NCBI GenBank assembly: GCA_964247105.1
Contig: CAXTTN010000003.1
Span: forward strand, 1-62,014
DNA from: an uncultured Pseudonocardia sp.
GTDB lineage: Bacteria; Actinomycetota; Actinomycetes; Mycobacteriales; Pseudonocardiaceae
Reading direction: 5' to 3'
DNA length: 62,014 bases
The notes beneath the pieces were generated by a model that saw only the letters and a program-made list of their open reading frames with translations, did not search any database and was not told the origin of the DNA. A program made the position numbers and the translations under genes. This document shows, one piece after another, positions 18,767 to 28,556 of this stretch (position 1 is the stretch's first letter; each line of letters starts with the position of its first letter).

Positions 18767-19678
18767 ATGCCTGATCCGGGTGATCCGCATGTACGGGACC
18801 TGCGCTACTTCCTCGCCGTCGCCGAGGAGCTGAGCTTCACCCGCGCCGCCGCCCGCCTGCACGTCTCGCAGCCGGCCTTGTCGAAGCAGGTTCGGTTGCT
18901 GGAGACGCGCCTGGGCACCGAGCTCTTCGTGCGCGGGCACCGCGGCATCGAGCTGACCACGGCGGGGGCGACGTTGGTTCCCCGCGCACGGCGGATCGTG
19001 GCGGAGTGGGAGCGCACCGTCGCCGAGATCCGTGCCGTCACCGGCACCGCCCGGCAGGTCGTGACGGTCGGGTTCCACACGCGCATCGGGCGCGGGCTCG
19101 TTCCCGCCATCACGGCGGCGCTGGGCGAGCGGCTGCCCGGGTGGCGGTTACGGTTCCGGCAGGTTCCGTGGGACGACCCGACGGTCGGCCTGCACGACGG
19201 GTCCGTCGACGTGGCGCTGGCCTGGCTGCCGGTGTCGGACGCCGGGATCTCCCACCGGGTGGCCGCCACCGAGGAGCGGTGGGTGGCCCTGCCGGTCGGT
19301 CATCGCCTGAGCGCGCACGACGCCGTCCCGTTCGGCGCGCTGGACGGTGAGCCGTTCATCGCGCTGCCCCGCTCGGCCGGCCCGATGCGCGACTTCTGGC
19401 TGGCTGCCGACCAGCGCGTCACCCCGGCCCGGATCGGTGCCGAGGCCACCACGGCCGACGAGGCCTTCGAGGCGGTCGCGTCCGGGCTCGGTGTCGTGCT
19501 GCTGGCCGCCGGCAACGCCGCCATCTACCGGCGCGACGACGTCGTCTGCCGGCCGGTGCCCGATCTCCCGCCCTGCGAGCTGGCCGTCATGTGGCGCGCC
19601 GACGATCTCCGCGCGGCGACCCGCGTCGTCACCGACGCCTGCTGCGTCTGTGTCGCCGCGGAGCACAGCGCGCCCTGA
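18767..19678 (+). CDS. LysR family regulator
   Basis: LRYFLAVAEELSFTRAAARLHVSQPALSKQVRLLE. Confidence 0.95.
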   Translation: MPDPGDPHVRDLRYFLAVAEELSFTRAAARLHVSQPALSKQVRLLETRLGTELFVRGHRGIELTTAGATLVPRARRIVAEWERTVAEIRAVTGTARQVVTVGFHTRIGRGLVPAITAALGERLPGWRLRFRQVPWDDPTVGLHDGSVDVALAWLPVSDAGISHRVAATEERWVALPVGHRLSAHDAVPFGALDGEPFIALPRSAGPMRDFWLAADQRVTPARIGAEATTADEAFEAVASGLGVVLLAAGNAAIYRRDDVVCRPVPDLPPCELAVMWRADDLRAATRVVTDACCVCVAAEHSAP

Positions 19679-19685
19679 TCCTGCG

Positions 19686-19859
19686 TTACGTGCCTGGCTT
19701 CGAGGCCGTGGCTCCGTTGCGGGCGGCCAGGCGGTGCACGGCCGCGACGAGGGTGTCGACCTCGTCGTGGGTGTTGTACGACGCGAGCGACGGGCGGCCC
19801 GTGGCTTCCAGGCCGTAGCGGCGCAGGATCGGTTGGCGTAGGGCGTCGGAGGAGTTCAT
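19686..19859 (-). pseudogene. Cysteine desulfurase (SufS-type) remnant: start codon region fused to the C-terminus
   Basis: MNSSDALR-QPILRRYGLEATGRPSLASYNTHDEVDTLVAAV; RBS retained. Confidence 0.7.
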
Positions 19860-19887
19860 GGTGCTCTCCCGGGAGGTCCAGCTCGCG

Positions 19888-20781
19888 TCATCCGCCGGGG
19901 AGCATGCGCTGCAGCAGTTCTGCGTGGTCGGCGGCGAACGCGGCGAACGTTCGCGGTGCCCGGCCGGTCAGCTCGGCGACCGCGCCGGTGGTCCCGGTGA
20001 GCGCACCGGTGGCCACATCGGCACAGAGCAGGGCGATGTCGTCGGCGAAGCGGGCCGGCACGCCCCGCTCGATGAGCGCCGCCGTCAGTTGCGCAGGCGG
20101 CAGCTCGACGGCCGGGACGGGCCGGCAGACGACCGCGGCGATGTGCGCTGCGATGTCGGCCGCGGTGAGCGCTTCCGGACCGGTCAGCACGTGTGTCCCG
20201 CCCCGACCCGGACCTCCGTCGAGGACGGCGGCGGCGCAGGCGGCGATGTCGGCGGCGTCGATGTAGGAGACACCGGCGCCGGAGTAGGTGTCGAGGAGCC
20301 CTCCTTCGGGCGTGAAGCCGGCGACGCCGGTCACGAAGTTCTGCATGAACCCGCTCGGCTGCAGGACCGTGGCGGGCACGCCGGACCCGCGCAGCCGGCT
20401 CTCGATCTCGCCGTGCGCCCCCTCGGCGAGCGGTCGCCCCGGTGCCGCCCGCCATACCGACACCTTGACGATGTGCTCGATGCCCGCGGCCCGGGCTGCT
20501 TCGATGGCGGTCGCCTGCTGCCGGACCATCGGTTGTGGGCCCTCGACCGGTACCGCCCCGGCCGTAGTGAGGAACAGCTGGCCGGCGGCCGCGAAGGCGG
20601 CCGGGAGGGATCCCGGTTCGTCGAAGTCGCCGTGGACGATCTCACCGTGGGCGAGCGGGCCGACGACACCCGCCGCCGCGGCCGGGTTGCGCACCACCAG
20701 CCGGTACGGGAGGCCCCGCGCTTCGAGTTCGGCCACCAGCTTCCGCCCGATGGACCCGGTGGCTCCGGTCACGGCGATCAT
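19888..20781 (-). CDS. NmrA-like NAD(P)H-binding protein
   Basis: IAVTGATGSIG, LQPSGFMQN, LTGPEAL. Confidence 0.9.
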   Translation of the reverse strand: MIAVTGATGSIGRKLVAELEARGLPYRLVVRNPAAAAGVVGPLAHGEIVHGDFDEPGSLPAAFAAAGQLFLTTAGAVPVEGPQPMVRQQATAIEAARAAGIEHIVKVSVWRAAPGRPLAEGAHGEIESRLRGSGVPATVLQPSGFMQNFVTGVAGFTPEGGLLDTYSGAGVSYIDAADIAACAAAVLDGGPGRGGTHVLTGPEALTAADIAAHIAAVVCRPVPAVELPPAQLTAALIERGVPARFADDIALLCADVATGALTGTTGAVAELTGRAPRTFAAFAADHAELLQRMLPGG

Positions 20782-20841
20782 CGACTCCTCCTGCCGTTAT
20801 CCTGAGGGGGTCTCGGGAAAATAACATGAGGGGCCCTCGTT

Positions 20842-21477
20842 TTGTCCAGCGACCAACCGGCCGTATCGCGTCGACGTCCACGGGCGGATGCGCTGCGCAA
20901 CAGGGAGCGGCTGCTCGCGGAGGCCGACGCCGTCTTCCGCGAGCACGGCGCCGACGCGTCCCTGGAGAGCGTGGCGCGCCGGGCGGGCGTCGCGATCGGC
21001 ACGCTGTACGGGCACTTCGCGACCCGGCACGTGCTCGTCGCCGTGCTGTTGCGCCGTCGCCACGACCGGTTGTTCGCCTGGGGTGAGGGCCTGCATGCGG
21101 GCCCGGATCCGGGCGCGGCCCTCGACGCCTGGGTGCGCGCCGTGGTCGAGCACGCAGCCACCTATGGCGGGCTGGCCGAGCTGCTCGCCTCGGGGGCCGC
21201 GGACCCGGGGTCCGAGCTGCATGCCGACTGCGCGCGGATGTCGCGGATCGGGGAGGCCCTCGTCGCCGAGGCCAAGGCGGCGGGCGCGGTACGCCCCGAC
21301 CTTCGCGGCGATGACGTCGTCGCCTTGATGAACGCCGGTGCGTGGGCGCGTGCCGGCCTGTCTCCGGAGGTCGCCGACCGCCTGGTGGCCTTCACGCTCG
21401 ACGGATTCCGGGCACGGCCCCCGTCAGCATGTGTTGCCACAGGCACATGTTCCGCCCCGTCCGCCTCAGGATCCTGA
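20842..21477 (+). CDS. TetR family regulator
   Basis: RADALRNRERLL...VARRAGVAIGTLYGHF; divergent from the NmrA gene. Confidence 0.9.
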   Translation: MSSDQPAVSRRRPRADALRNRERLLAEADAVFREHGADASLESVARRAGVAIGTLYGHFATRHVLVAVLLRRRHDRLFAWGEGLHAGPDPGAALDAWVRAVVEHAATYGGLAELLASGAADPGSELHADCARMSRIGEALVAEAKAAGAVRPDLRGDDVVALMNAGAWARAGLSPEVADRLVAFTLDGFRARPPSACVATGTCSAPSASGS

Positions 21478-21649
21478 ACGCACTCGGCCGGGGCGACCCC
21501 TCCGTGCGTTGGTGTCCGCGATGCGCGGGGTCCCGAGGTCGGCCTCGACCCGCAGCGCGTTGACCAGCGTGGGGCACGTCGAGGATTCCTCGACGAGAAC
21601 CGCGTAGTCGCCCGCGCCGCGCTCGAGTGGCTCGGGCGGCTTCCTGCGG

Positions 21650-22090
21650 GCACGGGTGCCGGCGGCGCTGGGCGCCCCGCTGGCCGCGCTGCCGCGCTTC
21701 CGCGCCGCGCTGGGCGAGATCGACGCCGAGCTGAGCGCGGCCGAGGACGTCGTCGCGGCCCTCGCGACCCGGCACGTCGGCGGCGAGGCAGGGTTCGGAC
21801 CGCGTGCGGCGGGGGCCAAGCTCGTCTCGGAGATCCGCCCCGCGTCGGGCCCGGTGATCGACCCCGCCTTCCTCACCCGGTTCGCGCGAGCTCACGAGGA
21901 CGGCGGCTTCGACCGGGTGCTGATCGGGTACGGCTCGGGCGACCCGGAGGCACCCAGGTGGCGGCCCACGTTGCGGCACACACCGAGCGGCTCGGGCTGC
22001 TGATCGCGCACCGTCCCGGTGTCGTCTTCCCGACGCTCGCCGCGCGGACCTTCGCCACGCTCGACCAGCTGTCCGGCGGCCGGGTCGCGA
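21650..22090 (+). pseudogene. Fused fragments: acyl-CoA dehydrogenase-like and SsuD-like LLM monooxygenase
   Basis: LGAPLAALPRFRAALGEI...AKLV joined to FARAHEDGGFDRVLIGY, then a frameshift to LLIAHRPG...AARTFATLDQLSGGRVA, then a break. Confidence 0.7.
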
Positions 22091-22184
22091 ACCCGCCAGC
22101 CTGCGCCGTGCCCGTACCGGGTTCCGCTTGCGGCAACCGGCGCTCGCGATCCGTGGTTCGTCGGGCGATGCGGCGGCCGGTCGG

Positions 22185-23132
22185 TCAGGGATTGCAGTGG
22201 TCGCACCATTGCGGGTCGGCGACGGTGTCGGGGCGTGGGACGGCGTGCTGGTGCCGGCAGGTGGCGCAGCTGTGGATGTCGGCGGTGACGAGGTCGGTGG
22301 GGTGGCCGCAGGCGGAGCAGGGCAGTCCGCGACGGCTGTCATCGCGTCCGTAACCGGGGCTGCCGCAGCTCGGGCATGCGGTGGCCAGCCGGCGGGCGAG
22401 ACGGTCCCCGAGTTTGGTGAGCACGTCGCGGCGGGTGGGGTTGTGGTGGGCGCGCAGGTCGGTCTCGAGCAGGGCGTGCCCGTCCGGCGAGGCGGCTGCC
22501 GCACGGTCGATCGCGGCCCGGAGTGTGGTGTGGTCGGTGATGCCTTTCACGATCCCGGCGGTCTCGCCACTTTCGGCGGGGCGCACGATCACGCCTTGGG
22601 CGCCGAAGTTGATCTGCTCCAGCAGCGGTGCGGCGTCGGTGAGGGTGCGGACTCGCTGCGGAGCGGGCATGGCGGTGAGGTGTCGTTCGCCCTCGATGAT
22701 TTCGATGCCGCGGCTGTCGTCGAGGAAGAGCAGGATCTCCTCGTGGCCGGGCAGCCCGACGCCAGGCAGGGGGCCGTAGCTGGCTTCGCTGGCCAGCCCG
22801 TACGGGGTGTCGGCCGCGGTCATCGCGAGCCGGGCCTTCGCCCGCGCTGCGTCGAGGGGGGCCAGTGTGCGGGCGATGTCGCCGGTGAAGGTGCCGAACT
22901 GGTCGGTGTCGATCCCGGCCGCGGCGATGACCTGCGCGCCGAGACAGCCTGCGAACGCGCGGGCGACCTGATGATGTTTGCCGTGCATCGTGCCGAAGGC
23001 GATGACGCAGTCCCGGTAGGACCCGCGGCCGTGAGCATGACCATCGCCGAGCGCGGCACGGGCGCCGGCACTGCTCGAGGTGATGAATGGTGAACCAGCA
23101 GAAGCCTCGGCCGGTCGTCGCTCGAATGACAC
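22185..23132 (-). CDS. Cys-rich DUF6671-like protein (start uncertain)
   Basis: TMHGK, DTDQFGTFTG, ASEASYGP, ETDLRAHHNPTR, four C-terminal CxxC motifs. Confidence 0.75.
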   Translation of the reverse strand: MSFERRPAEASAGSPFITSSSAGARAALGDGHAHGRGSYRDCVIAFGTMHGKHHQVARAFAGCLGAQVIAAAGIDTDQFGTFTGDIARTLAPLDAARAKARLAMTAADTPYGLASEASYGPLPGVGLPGHEEILLFLDDSRGIEIIEGERHLTAMPAPQRVRTLTDAAPLLEQINFGAQGVIVRPAESGETAGIVKGITDHTTLRAAIDRAAAASPDGHALLETDLRAHHNPTRRDVLTKLGDRLARRLATACPSCGSPGYGRDDSRRGLPCSACGHPTDLVTADIHSCATCRHQHAVPRPDTVADPQWCDHCNP

Positions 23133-23275
23133 GCGGCGTCCTCCGCTCGTTGTGTGTTGGCCGGACGGGTGACGCGGACGCGGACCGGACGTGCCCGGGG
23201 GGACATGAGCTGACCGCGCAGGACGGCCGGTGCGCCAGATCGAGACGCGCTGATGCGGCCGTGCTGCTGTGTCGT

Positions 23276-23605
23276 CTAGACAGGCGCCGGTGCGGTTGCG
23301 GCGTCCGCGCCGGGCCGGGGTGCGGCGAGGCCGGGGCGGGTGAGCACGGCGAGGATCTCCCCGATCTGGTGGTCGTGTTCGAGGGGGTGCCGCAGGGGGA
23401 GTTCGGGGTGCAGCTGGTAGCGGTTACGTCGTCCTTGCCGGGCGACGCTGAGGTAACCGTCCTGCACCAGGTCGGCCACGATGCGTTGCGCGGCGCGTTC
23501 GGTGATCCCGATCCGCTGCGCGAGGTCGCGGTGCCGGATGCCGGGGTCGCGGGCCACACACAGCAGCGCGTGGGCGTGGTTGGTCAGAAACGTCCAGTAC
23601 GCCAT
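23276..23605 (-). CDS. Small winged-HTH regulator
   Basis: WTFLTNHAHALL...LAQRIGITERAAQRIVADL...GRRNRY. Confidence 0.85.
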   Translation of the reverse strand: MAYWTFLTNHAHALLCVARDPGIRHRDLAQRIGITERAAQRIVADLVQDGYLSVARQGRRNRYQLHPELPLRHPLEHDHQIGEILAVLTRPGLAAPRPGADAATAPAPV

Positions 23606-23661
23606 ACCCACGAGCCTACTCGTCACCCGGTACGAGTGACCCTCATCGCAATACGCGTCTG

Positions 23662-23691
23662 TTGACGTACGTCTTTAATGTCGCCTAATCT
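23662..23691 (+). promoter_or_regulatory. Housekeeping-sigma-type promoter of the dab operon
   Basis: TTGACG, 18 bp, TAATCT. A nearby inverted repeat ACTCGT-N8-ACGAGT lies at 23618-23637. Confidence 0.55.
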
Positions 23692-23709
23692 GCGTCGTGT
23701 GTTGCTGAC

Positions 23710-25392
23710 GTGGATCATGGTGGGAGGCGGGCGGCGGCGATGGCCGTGATCGTTGTTGTGCTGCTGCTGCTGCTCCCGGCAATCGGGGCGCTCGCCGCCA
23801 TGGCCACGGCCGCTGCTGGTGCCGGCCCGGCCCGCGGCGCGGCGGTCGCCCGGGTGGGGCTGGCTGCGACCGGGCTGAGCGCGATCGCCGCGGTCGTACT
23901 GCTGGTGCAGGTGGCGGTGTCCGGTCCGGTCACAGCGTCCTGGACCGGGGCGGGTGGCTGGGTGGTGCTCGGGGTGGCGGTGGACCGACTGACCGGGGTC
24001 CTGCTGCTGCTCGTCTGTGGGGTGAGCACGTTGGTGCAGGGGTTCGCGGCCCGCTACCTGGCCGGGGACCAGCGCCAGACGTGGTTTGTCGCCGGGACCG
24101 GCGTGGTTACCGCGGCCTCGGCCGGGTTGATGAGCTCGGTCACCCTGATCGGGCTGGCGATGTGCTGGAGCGCGGCCGGGCTCGGATTGTGGCTGCTGCT
24201 GGGCACCTACCCGGGCCTGCCCGCCGCCCGCGGCGGACAGGCCCGGACCGGGTGGACGTTCCTGATCGGGGACGCGGCACTGTGGGCGGCGGTCGGGATC
24301 GCGACCGCCCGCTGGGGGACGCTGGACCTACGCCACCTCGATCCCCGTTCCCTGCCGGGCTCGGCCGGGCTCCTGCCGGTGCTGGGGTGCCTGGTCGTGG
24401 TAGCCGCGCTGAGCCGCTCGGCACAAATCCCGCTGCAGGCGTGGTTGCCGGCGACCCTGGCCACGCCGACGCCGGTCTCGGCGCTGCTACACGCCGGGGT
24501 GATCAACGCCGGCGGAGTGCTGCTCATCCGCCTCGCCCCCCTGTCCGGCGGGTCCTCGTGGGCCCTGGGCCTCGCCTTCGCCGCCGGCCTCGCCACCGCG
24601 GTCTACGGGACGGCGCTGATGCTGACCAAGACCGACGTGAAGGGCTCATTGGCGCACTCCACGATGGGTCAGATGGGATTCATGATCATGACATGCGGGC
24701 TGGGCCTGTACGCGTCCGCGGTGATCCACCTGGTCCTTCACGGTGTGTACAAGGCAAGCCTGTTCCTGGCCTCCGGCACCGCGATCCACACCCACCTCGC
24801 GGCCGCGGCCGCCCCACCGGCACCCGCACTGTCGCCGCTGGTGCGGCGTGCCATCGCGGCGGGCGCGGTGCTCGCGCCCGGCCTGTTGCTCGGCACCGCC
24901 GTGCGGCTGCTGTACCCGAGTCTGGCCGGGCACGCCGGCGCCGCAGCGCTGCTGCTGTTCGCCTGGGCCACCGCCACCGCCACCGCGCTGGGCTGGCTAC
25001 GCCGCCACCCCACCGCTCGCGGGGTCACCGCCGCGACCGTGACGCTGACGGTCTCCTTGACCGGCTACGTCGCCCTCATCGACGCCGCCAACCGGTGGCT
25101 CGCCCCGGCTCTACCTACCCCGGCCGTCACGCTGCCTGCAACCGGCTGGCTGCTGGTCGCAGCCGTCGCGACGCTGCTCGCGACCGGGCTGCTCGGCCCA
25201 TCCACCCTGCTCCGTGCTGGACGGATGCACGCACCTGCACGGGTTGGACGGCTGCGGCGTCGGCTGTACGTGCTGGCCCTCAACGCCGGACATGTGGGCC
25301 AACCCCGCCCTCGGCCGGCGCTGCGCCGACGTGCCCACCCGGCCGCGCCAACACCGGCCGCGCCACGACAGCCACTGGGAGTCAGCTCGTGA
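23710..25392 (+). CDS. dabB: Inorganic carbon pump membrane subunit DabB (NuoL/MrpA-like)
   Basis: RSAQIPLQAWLP...PTPVSALLHAG, STMGQMGFM, HGVYKASLFL; GTGA-coupled to the DUF2309 gene. Start is 23710 or 23740. Confidence 0.88.
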   Translation: MDHGGRRAAAMAVIVVVLLLLLPAIGALAAMATAAAGAGPARGAAVARVGLAATGLSAIAAVVLLVQVAVSGPVTASWTGAGGWVVLGVAVDRLTGVLLLLVCGVSTLVQGFAARYLAGDQRQTWFVAGTGVVTAASAGLMSSVTLIGLAMCWSAAGLGLWLLLGTYPGLPAARGGQARTGWTFLIGDAALWAAVGIATARWGTLDLRHLDPRSLPGSAGLLPVLGCLVVVAALSRSAQIPLQAWLPATLATPTPVSALLHAGVINAGGVLLIRLAPLSGGSSWALGLAFAAGLATAVYGTALMLTKTDVKGSLAHSTMGQMGFMIMTCGLGLYASAVIHLVLHGVYKASLFLASGTAIHTHLAAAAAPPAPALSPLVRRAIAAGAVLAPGLLLGTAVRLLYPSLAGHAGAAALLLFAWATATATALGWLRRHPTARGVTAATVTLTVSLTGYVALIDAANRWLAPALPTPAVTLPATGWLLVAAVATLLATGLLGPSTLLRAGRMHAPARVGRLRRRLYVLALNAGHVGQPRPRPALRRRAHPAAPTPAAPRQPLGVSS

Positions 25393-28157
25393 CCACCTCC
25401 AAGGCCACCGCCGGCTGCACCTCCACCCCGATCGCCGCGCAGGCCCCAGCCCCGCCCGTTGCCACGGTCCCCCTGGGGGCCCGGCGGGCCCGGCTGCGCA
25501 CCGACATCACGCTGGCCGCTCGTGTCCTGCCCGTCCACTACCCGCTGCAGGCGTTCATCGCCGTCAACCCGCTCAACGGCCTCGTGGAGCAGCCCTTCGC
25601 GCAGGCGCTACGCGTCGCCGGACAGCTGTACGGGGCGCCGGGCACGATGCCCGAACCCTGGTTCCGCGCCGCCCACGCGAGCGGACGGATCACCGACGCC
25701 GACCTGCACGCCGCGCTGCGCCACGACCACGCGGGCCTGCTCGCGACACCTCCACTGGCCATCGGCGGCCAACAGGTCAGCGCGTGGGCGCTACTGCGTG
25801 CCGACCTGCTGCACGGCACCCCCGCAACCGCCCCCGACCGGCATCACCGGACCCTGTCAGAACGCGTCGCGCCGGACCTCGCCCGCACGGTCGATGACCT
25901 GAGCGCCAAGTGGTGCGCCGCGTTCCTCGCTGACGCGGCGTGGCCGATGCCCGACCGTGACCGGGGTTTCCACCCGGCCTGGCGCGCCCTGGCCCGCTAC
26001 GACCGGGCGCTGCCCCGCACCGTCCGAGCCCGGTTGGCCGAGCTGCCCGAGCGCGCCGATGACGCGCTGCTGCACGCCCTGGACCTGCTGGCCGTCGACG
26101 ACACCGCCCGGCAGGCCTACCTGCAGGCAGACCTGACCCGACTGCCCGGCTGGGCCGCCCACGTCCGCTGGCACACCGAGAACCCTCCGCCCCGCGATGG
26201 ATCCCGGGGCGCGCTCACCTTGCTGGACTACCTCGCCGTCCGGCTCAGCTGCGAAGCGCTCCTGCTCGAGCAGGCGAACCTCGAGGTGACCTCCGCGCCC
26301 CCGGCCGACACCGACCCCACGCCCACGCCGCCAACCGAGCCCGACGCCGCCCGAGACGCCCCGCGCACCGACGCACCCGGTGACATCGCTCGGGCGGCGA
26401 CCGCGCTGACCGCGCTCGGCGTCCCCGACGGGCCGGCGCCCGAGGTGGCGGCAGCGGCCGAACTACTCGCCCAGTTACCAGCCTCGGAGCGGGCCCAGGT
26501 GTGGTTGCATGCCTATGAGGGTCATTACCGCGACCAGCTGCTCACCCAGCTTGCCCCCCACCCGGCTCTGCGCGCCGAGACCTCGGTCGAGCGCCCGCGG
26601 GCGCAGGTGGTGTGCTGCATCGATGCCCGCTCCGAAGGCCTGCGCCGCCACCTCGAATCCCTCGACGCAGACCCCGGTGCGGGGGGCGGGTACGAGACGG
26701 TGGGGTTCGCCGGGTTCTTCGCCGTCGCGATCCGCTACACCGACCTCGCCGGCGGCGCCGCGCAGGACCTGTGCCCGGTCCTGATCGCCCCCAGCACCGC
26801 CATCGCCGAAACCCCGACCCTCGACAATGCCGGCCGGGCCGAGCGGCAGATAGCGGGGCTCCGGGTGCTGGCGGGCGGGGCGGATGCCTTCCACACCGCG
26901 AAGGACACCCTGGCATCGCCGTTCACCCTGGCCGAGGCCGGCGGCCTGATCGCCGGACCACTCGCCGCCACGCGCACCGCAGCCCCACGATGGTTCGGCA
27001 CCCTGCGGCAGCGCCTCCACGGCCGGGCAGCGCCGCCAGCGCCCACGACCCTGACCGTCCACGACGCGTTTCCCCTGCCCGAGCGGGTCCTCTACGCCCA
27101 AGTCGCCCTCACCACCATGGGGTTGACCCGCGGCTTCGCCCGCCTGGTCGTGCTGTGCGGGCACGGCTCCACCACCGAGAACAACCCCTACCAGGCCGCG
27201 CTGGACTGCGGCGCCTGCGGCGGGCACCGCGGCGCCCCCAACGCCCGCACCGCCGCCGCCATCCTCAACGACCCCGACGTCCGGACCGCACTGCCCACGC
27301 TGGGCATCAGCATCCCGCCCGACACCGTGTTCGTCGCAGGCGAGCATGACACCGCCACCGACCGGGTCGCCCTCCTCGACCCGCACCTCATCCCGGTCAG
27401 CCACCGACCGGACCTGCAGCAGCTCGCCCGGGACCTGGCCACCGCCGGACAGCGGCTGGCTGCCGAACGGGTCGCCGAGCTGCCCGGCGCCCCGGCACGG
27501 GGCCGCCGCAGCCCCGCCGCGGCAGCCCGGCACACCGCCTCACGCTCCGCCGACTGGGCCCAGGTGTATCCCGAGTGGGGCCTGGCCGGCAACGCCGCGT
27601 TCCTGATCGGCCCCCGCAGCATCAGCCGCGGGCTGAGCCTTCACCGGCGGGTGTTCCTGCACTCCTACGACCCTGACGTCGACCCCGATGGGACCGCGCT
27701 CGAAACCATCCTCACCGCCCCCCTGGTCGTGGCCCAGTGGATCAACGCCCAGTACTACTTCTCCACCGTCGCCCCGCACGTCTTCGGCGCTGGCACCAAA
27801 ACCATCCACAACGTCATCGGCGGTGCTGGGGTGCTGGCCGGGCACACCGGCGACCTGCAACTCGGGCTGCCCTGGCAATCAGTCGCCCTCGGCCGGCGCC
27901 TCGTGCACGAACCCATGCGCCTGCTGACGGTGGCGCAAGCGCCACTGGAGCGGATCGAGGCCATCATCGGGCGCAACCCGATCCTGCAACAGCTGTTCGG
28001 CAACCAGTGGATCAGCCTCACCGCCCGCCCCGACCCCAGCGAGGCGTGGCAGCACTACACCCACCCCGGCTGGCAACCCTGGAGCCCCTCATCCCCGGCA
28101 GCGCCCGTGCCGCCATCTGGTACCGATTCACCTACTCGCCCTGGAGAGCCGTCATGA
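25389..28157 (+). CDS. dabA: Inorganic carbon pump subunit DabA (DUF2309, beta-carbonic-anhydrase-like)
   Basis: FIAVNPL, CIDARSE, GFAGFF, GHGS...NNPY...DCGAC, PEWGLAGNA, FLHSY, QWINAQYY, HEPMRL. Confidence 0.93.
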   Translation: MTTSKATAGCTSTPIAAQAPAPPVATVPLGARRARLRTDITLAARVLPVHYPLQAFIAVNPLNGLVEQPFAQALRVAGQLYGAPGTMPEPWFRAAHASGRITDADLHAALRHDHAGLLATPPLAIGGQQVSAWALLRADLLHGTPATAPDRHHRTLSERVAPDLARTVDDLSAKWCAAFLADAAWPMPDRDRGFHPAWRALARYDRALPRTVRARLAELPERADDALLHALDLLAVDDTARQAYLQADLTRLPGWAAHVRWHTENPPPRDGSRGALTLLDYLAVRLSCEALLLEQANLEVTSAPPADTDPTPTPPTEPDAARDAPRTDAPGDIARAATALTALGVPDGPAPEVAAAAELLAQLPASERAQVWLHAYEGHYRDQLLTQLAPHPALRAETSVERPRAQVVCCIDARSEGLRRHLESLDADPGAGGGYETVGFAGFFAVAIRYTDLAGGAAQDLCPVLIAPSTAIAETPTLDNAGRAERQIAGLRVLAGGADAFHTAKDTLASPFTLAEAGGLIAGPLAATRTAAPRWFGTLRQRLHGRAAPPAPTTLTVHDAFPLPERVLYAQVALTTMGLTRGFARLVVLCGHGSTTENNPYQAALDCGACGGHRGAPNARTAAAILNDPDVRTALPTLGISIPPDTVFVAGEHDTATDRVALLDPHLIPVSHRPDLQQLARDLATAGQRLAAERVAELPGAPARGRRSPAAAARHTASRSADWAQVYPEWGLAGNAAFLIGPRSISRGLSLHRRVFLHSYDPDVDPDGTALETILTAPLVVAQWINAQYYFSTVAPHVFGAGTKTIHNVIGGAGVLAGHTGDLQLGLPWQSVALGRRLVHEPMRLLTVAQAPLERIEAIIGRNPILQQLFGNQWISLTARPDPSEAWQHYTHPGWQPWSPSSPAAPVPPSGTDSPTRPGEPS

Positions 28158-28477
28158 GCCGCGCCGACCTCACCCGCATGACCAAGATCGAAGTCGTCGT
28201 CACCGGCACCGACGCCCCCGCCGCCCGCGACCTCATCCACGCCACCGGCGCCACCGGCTACACCAGCCTGTCCGGCGTCTCCGGCCTCGGACACCACGGC
28301 CAGCACCAAGGCCGGCTGCTGTTCAACCAGCAAGCCACCCTCGAACTGATCATCACCGTCGTTCCCGACGAAGCCGCCGACGACCTCATCGCCGGCCTCC
28401 TGCCCCTGCTCACCGCATCCTCCGGAGTCATGTTCGTCACCGACACCTACGTCAGCCGCCCCGACTACTTCACCTGA
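28154..28477 (+). CDS. PII-like signalling protein (SbtB-like)
   Basis: KIEVVV...GATGYT...VSGLGHHG, 107 aa; ATGA overlap with dabA. Confidence 0.85.
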   Translation: MSRADLTRMTKIEVVVTGTDAPAARDLIHATGATGYTSLSGVSGLGHHGQHQGRLLFNQQATLELIITVVPDEAADDLIAGLLPLLTASSGVMFVTDTYVSRPDYFT

Positions 28478-28556
28478 ACCCGGTCGGAAAGGGCACCGCC
28501 CGCTCACCTACCGCCCCGTCCGCCGCAGTCCTCGTTCCCGAAAGCGATTCCTCACC

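Noticed and set aside
23710-25392. NADH dehydrogenase subunit L / complex I
   Set aside because: No other nuo or mrp genes are present, and it is coupled to a DUF2309 gene, which defines DabB.
24081-28157. 1358-aa giant ORF
   Set aside because: The first 436 codons are an off-frame overlap with dabB; the real start is GTG 25389.
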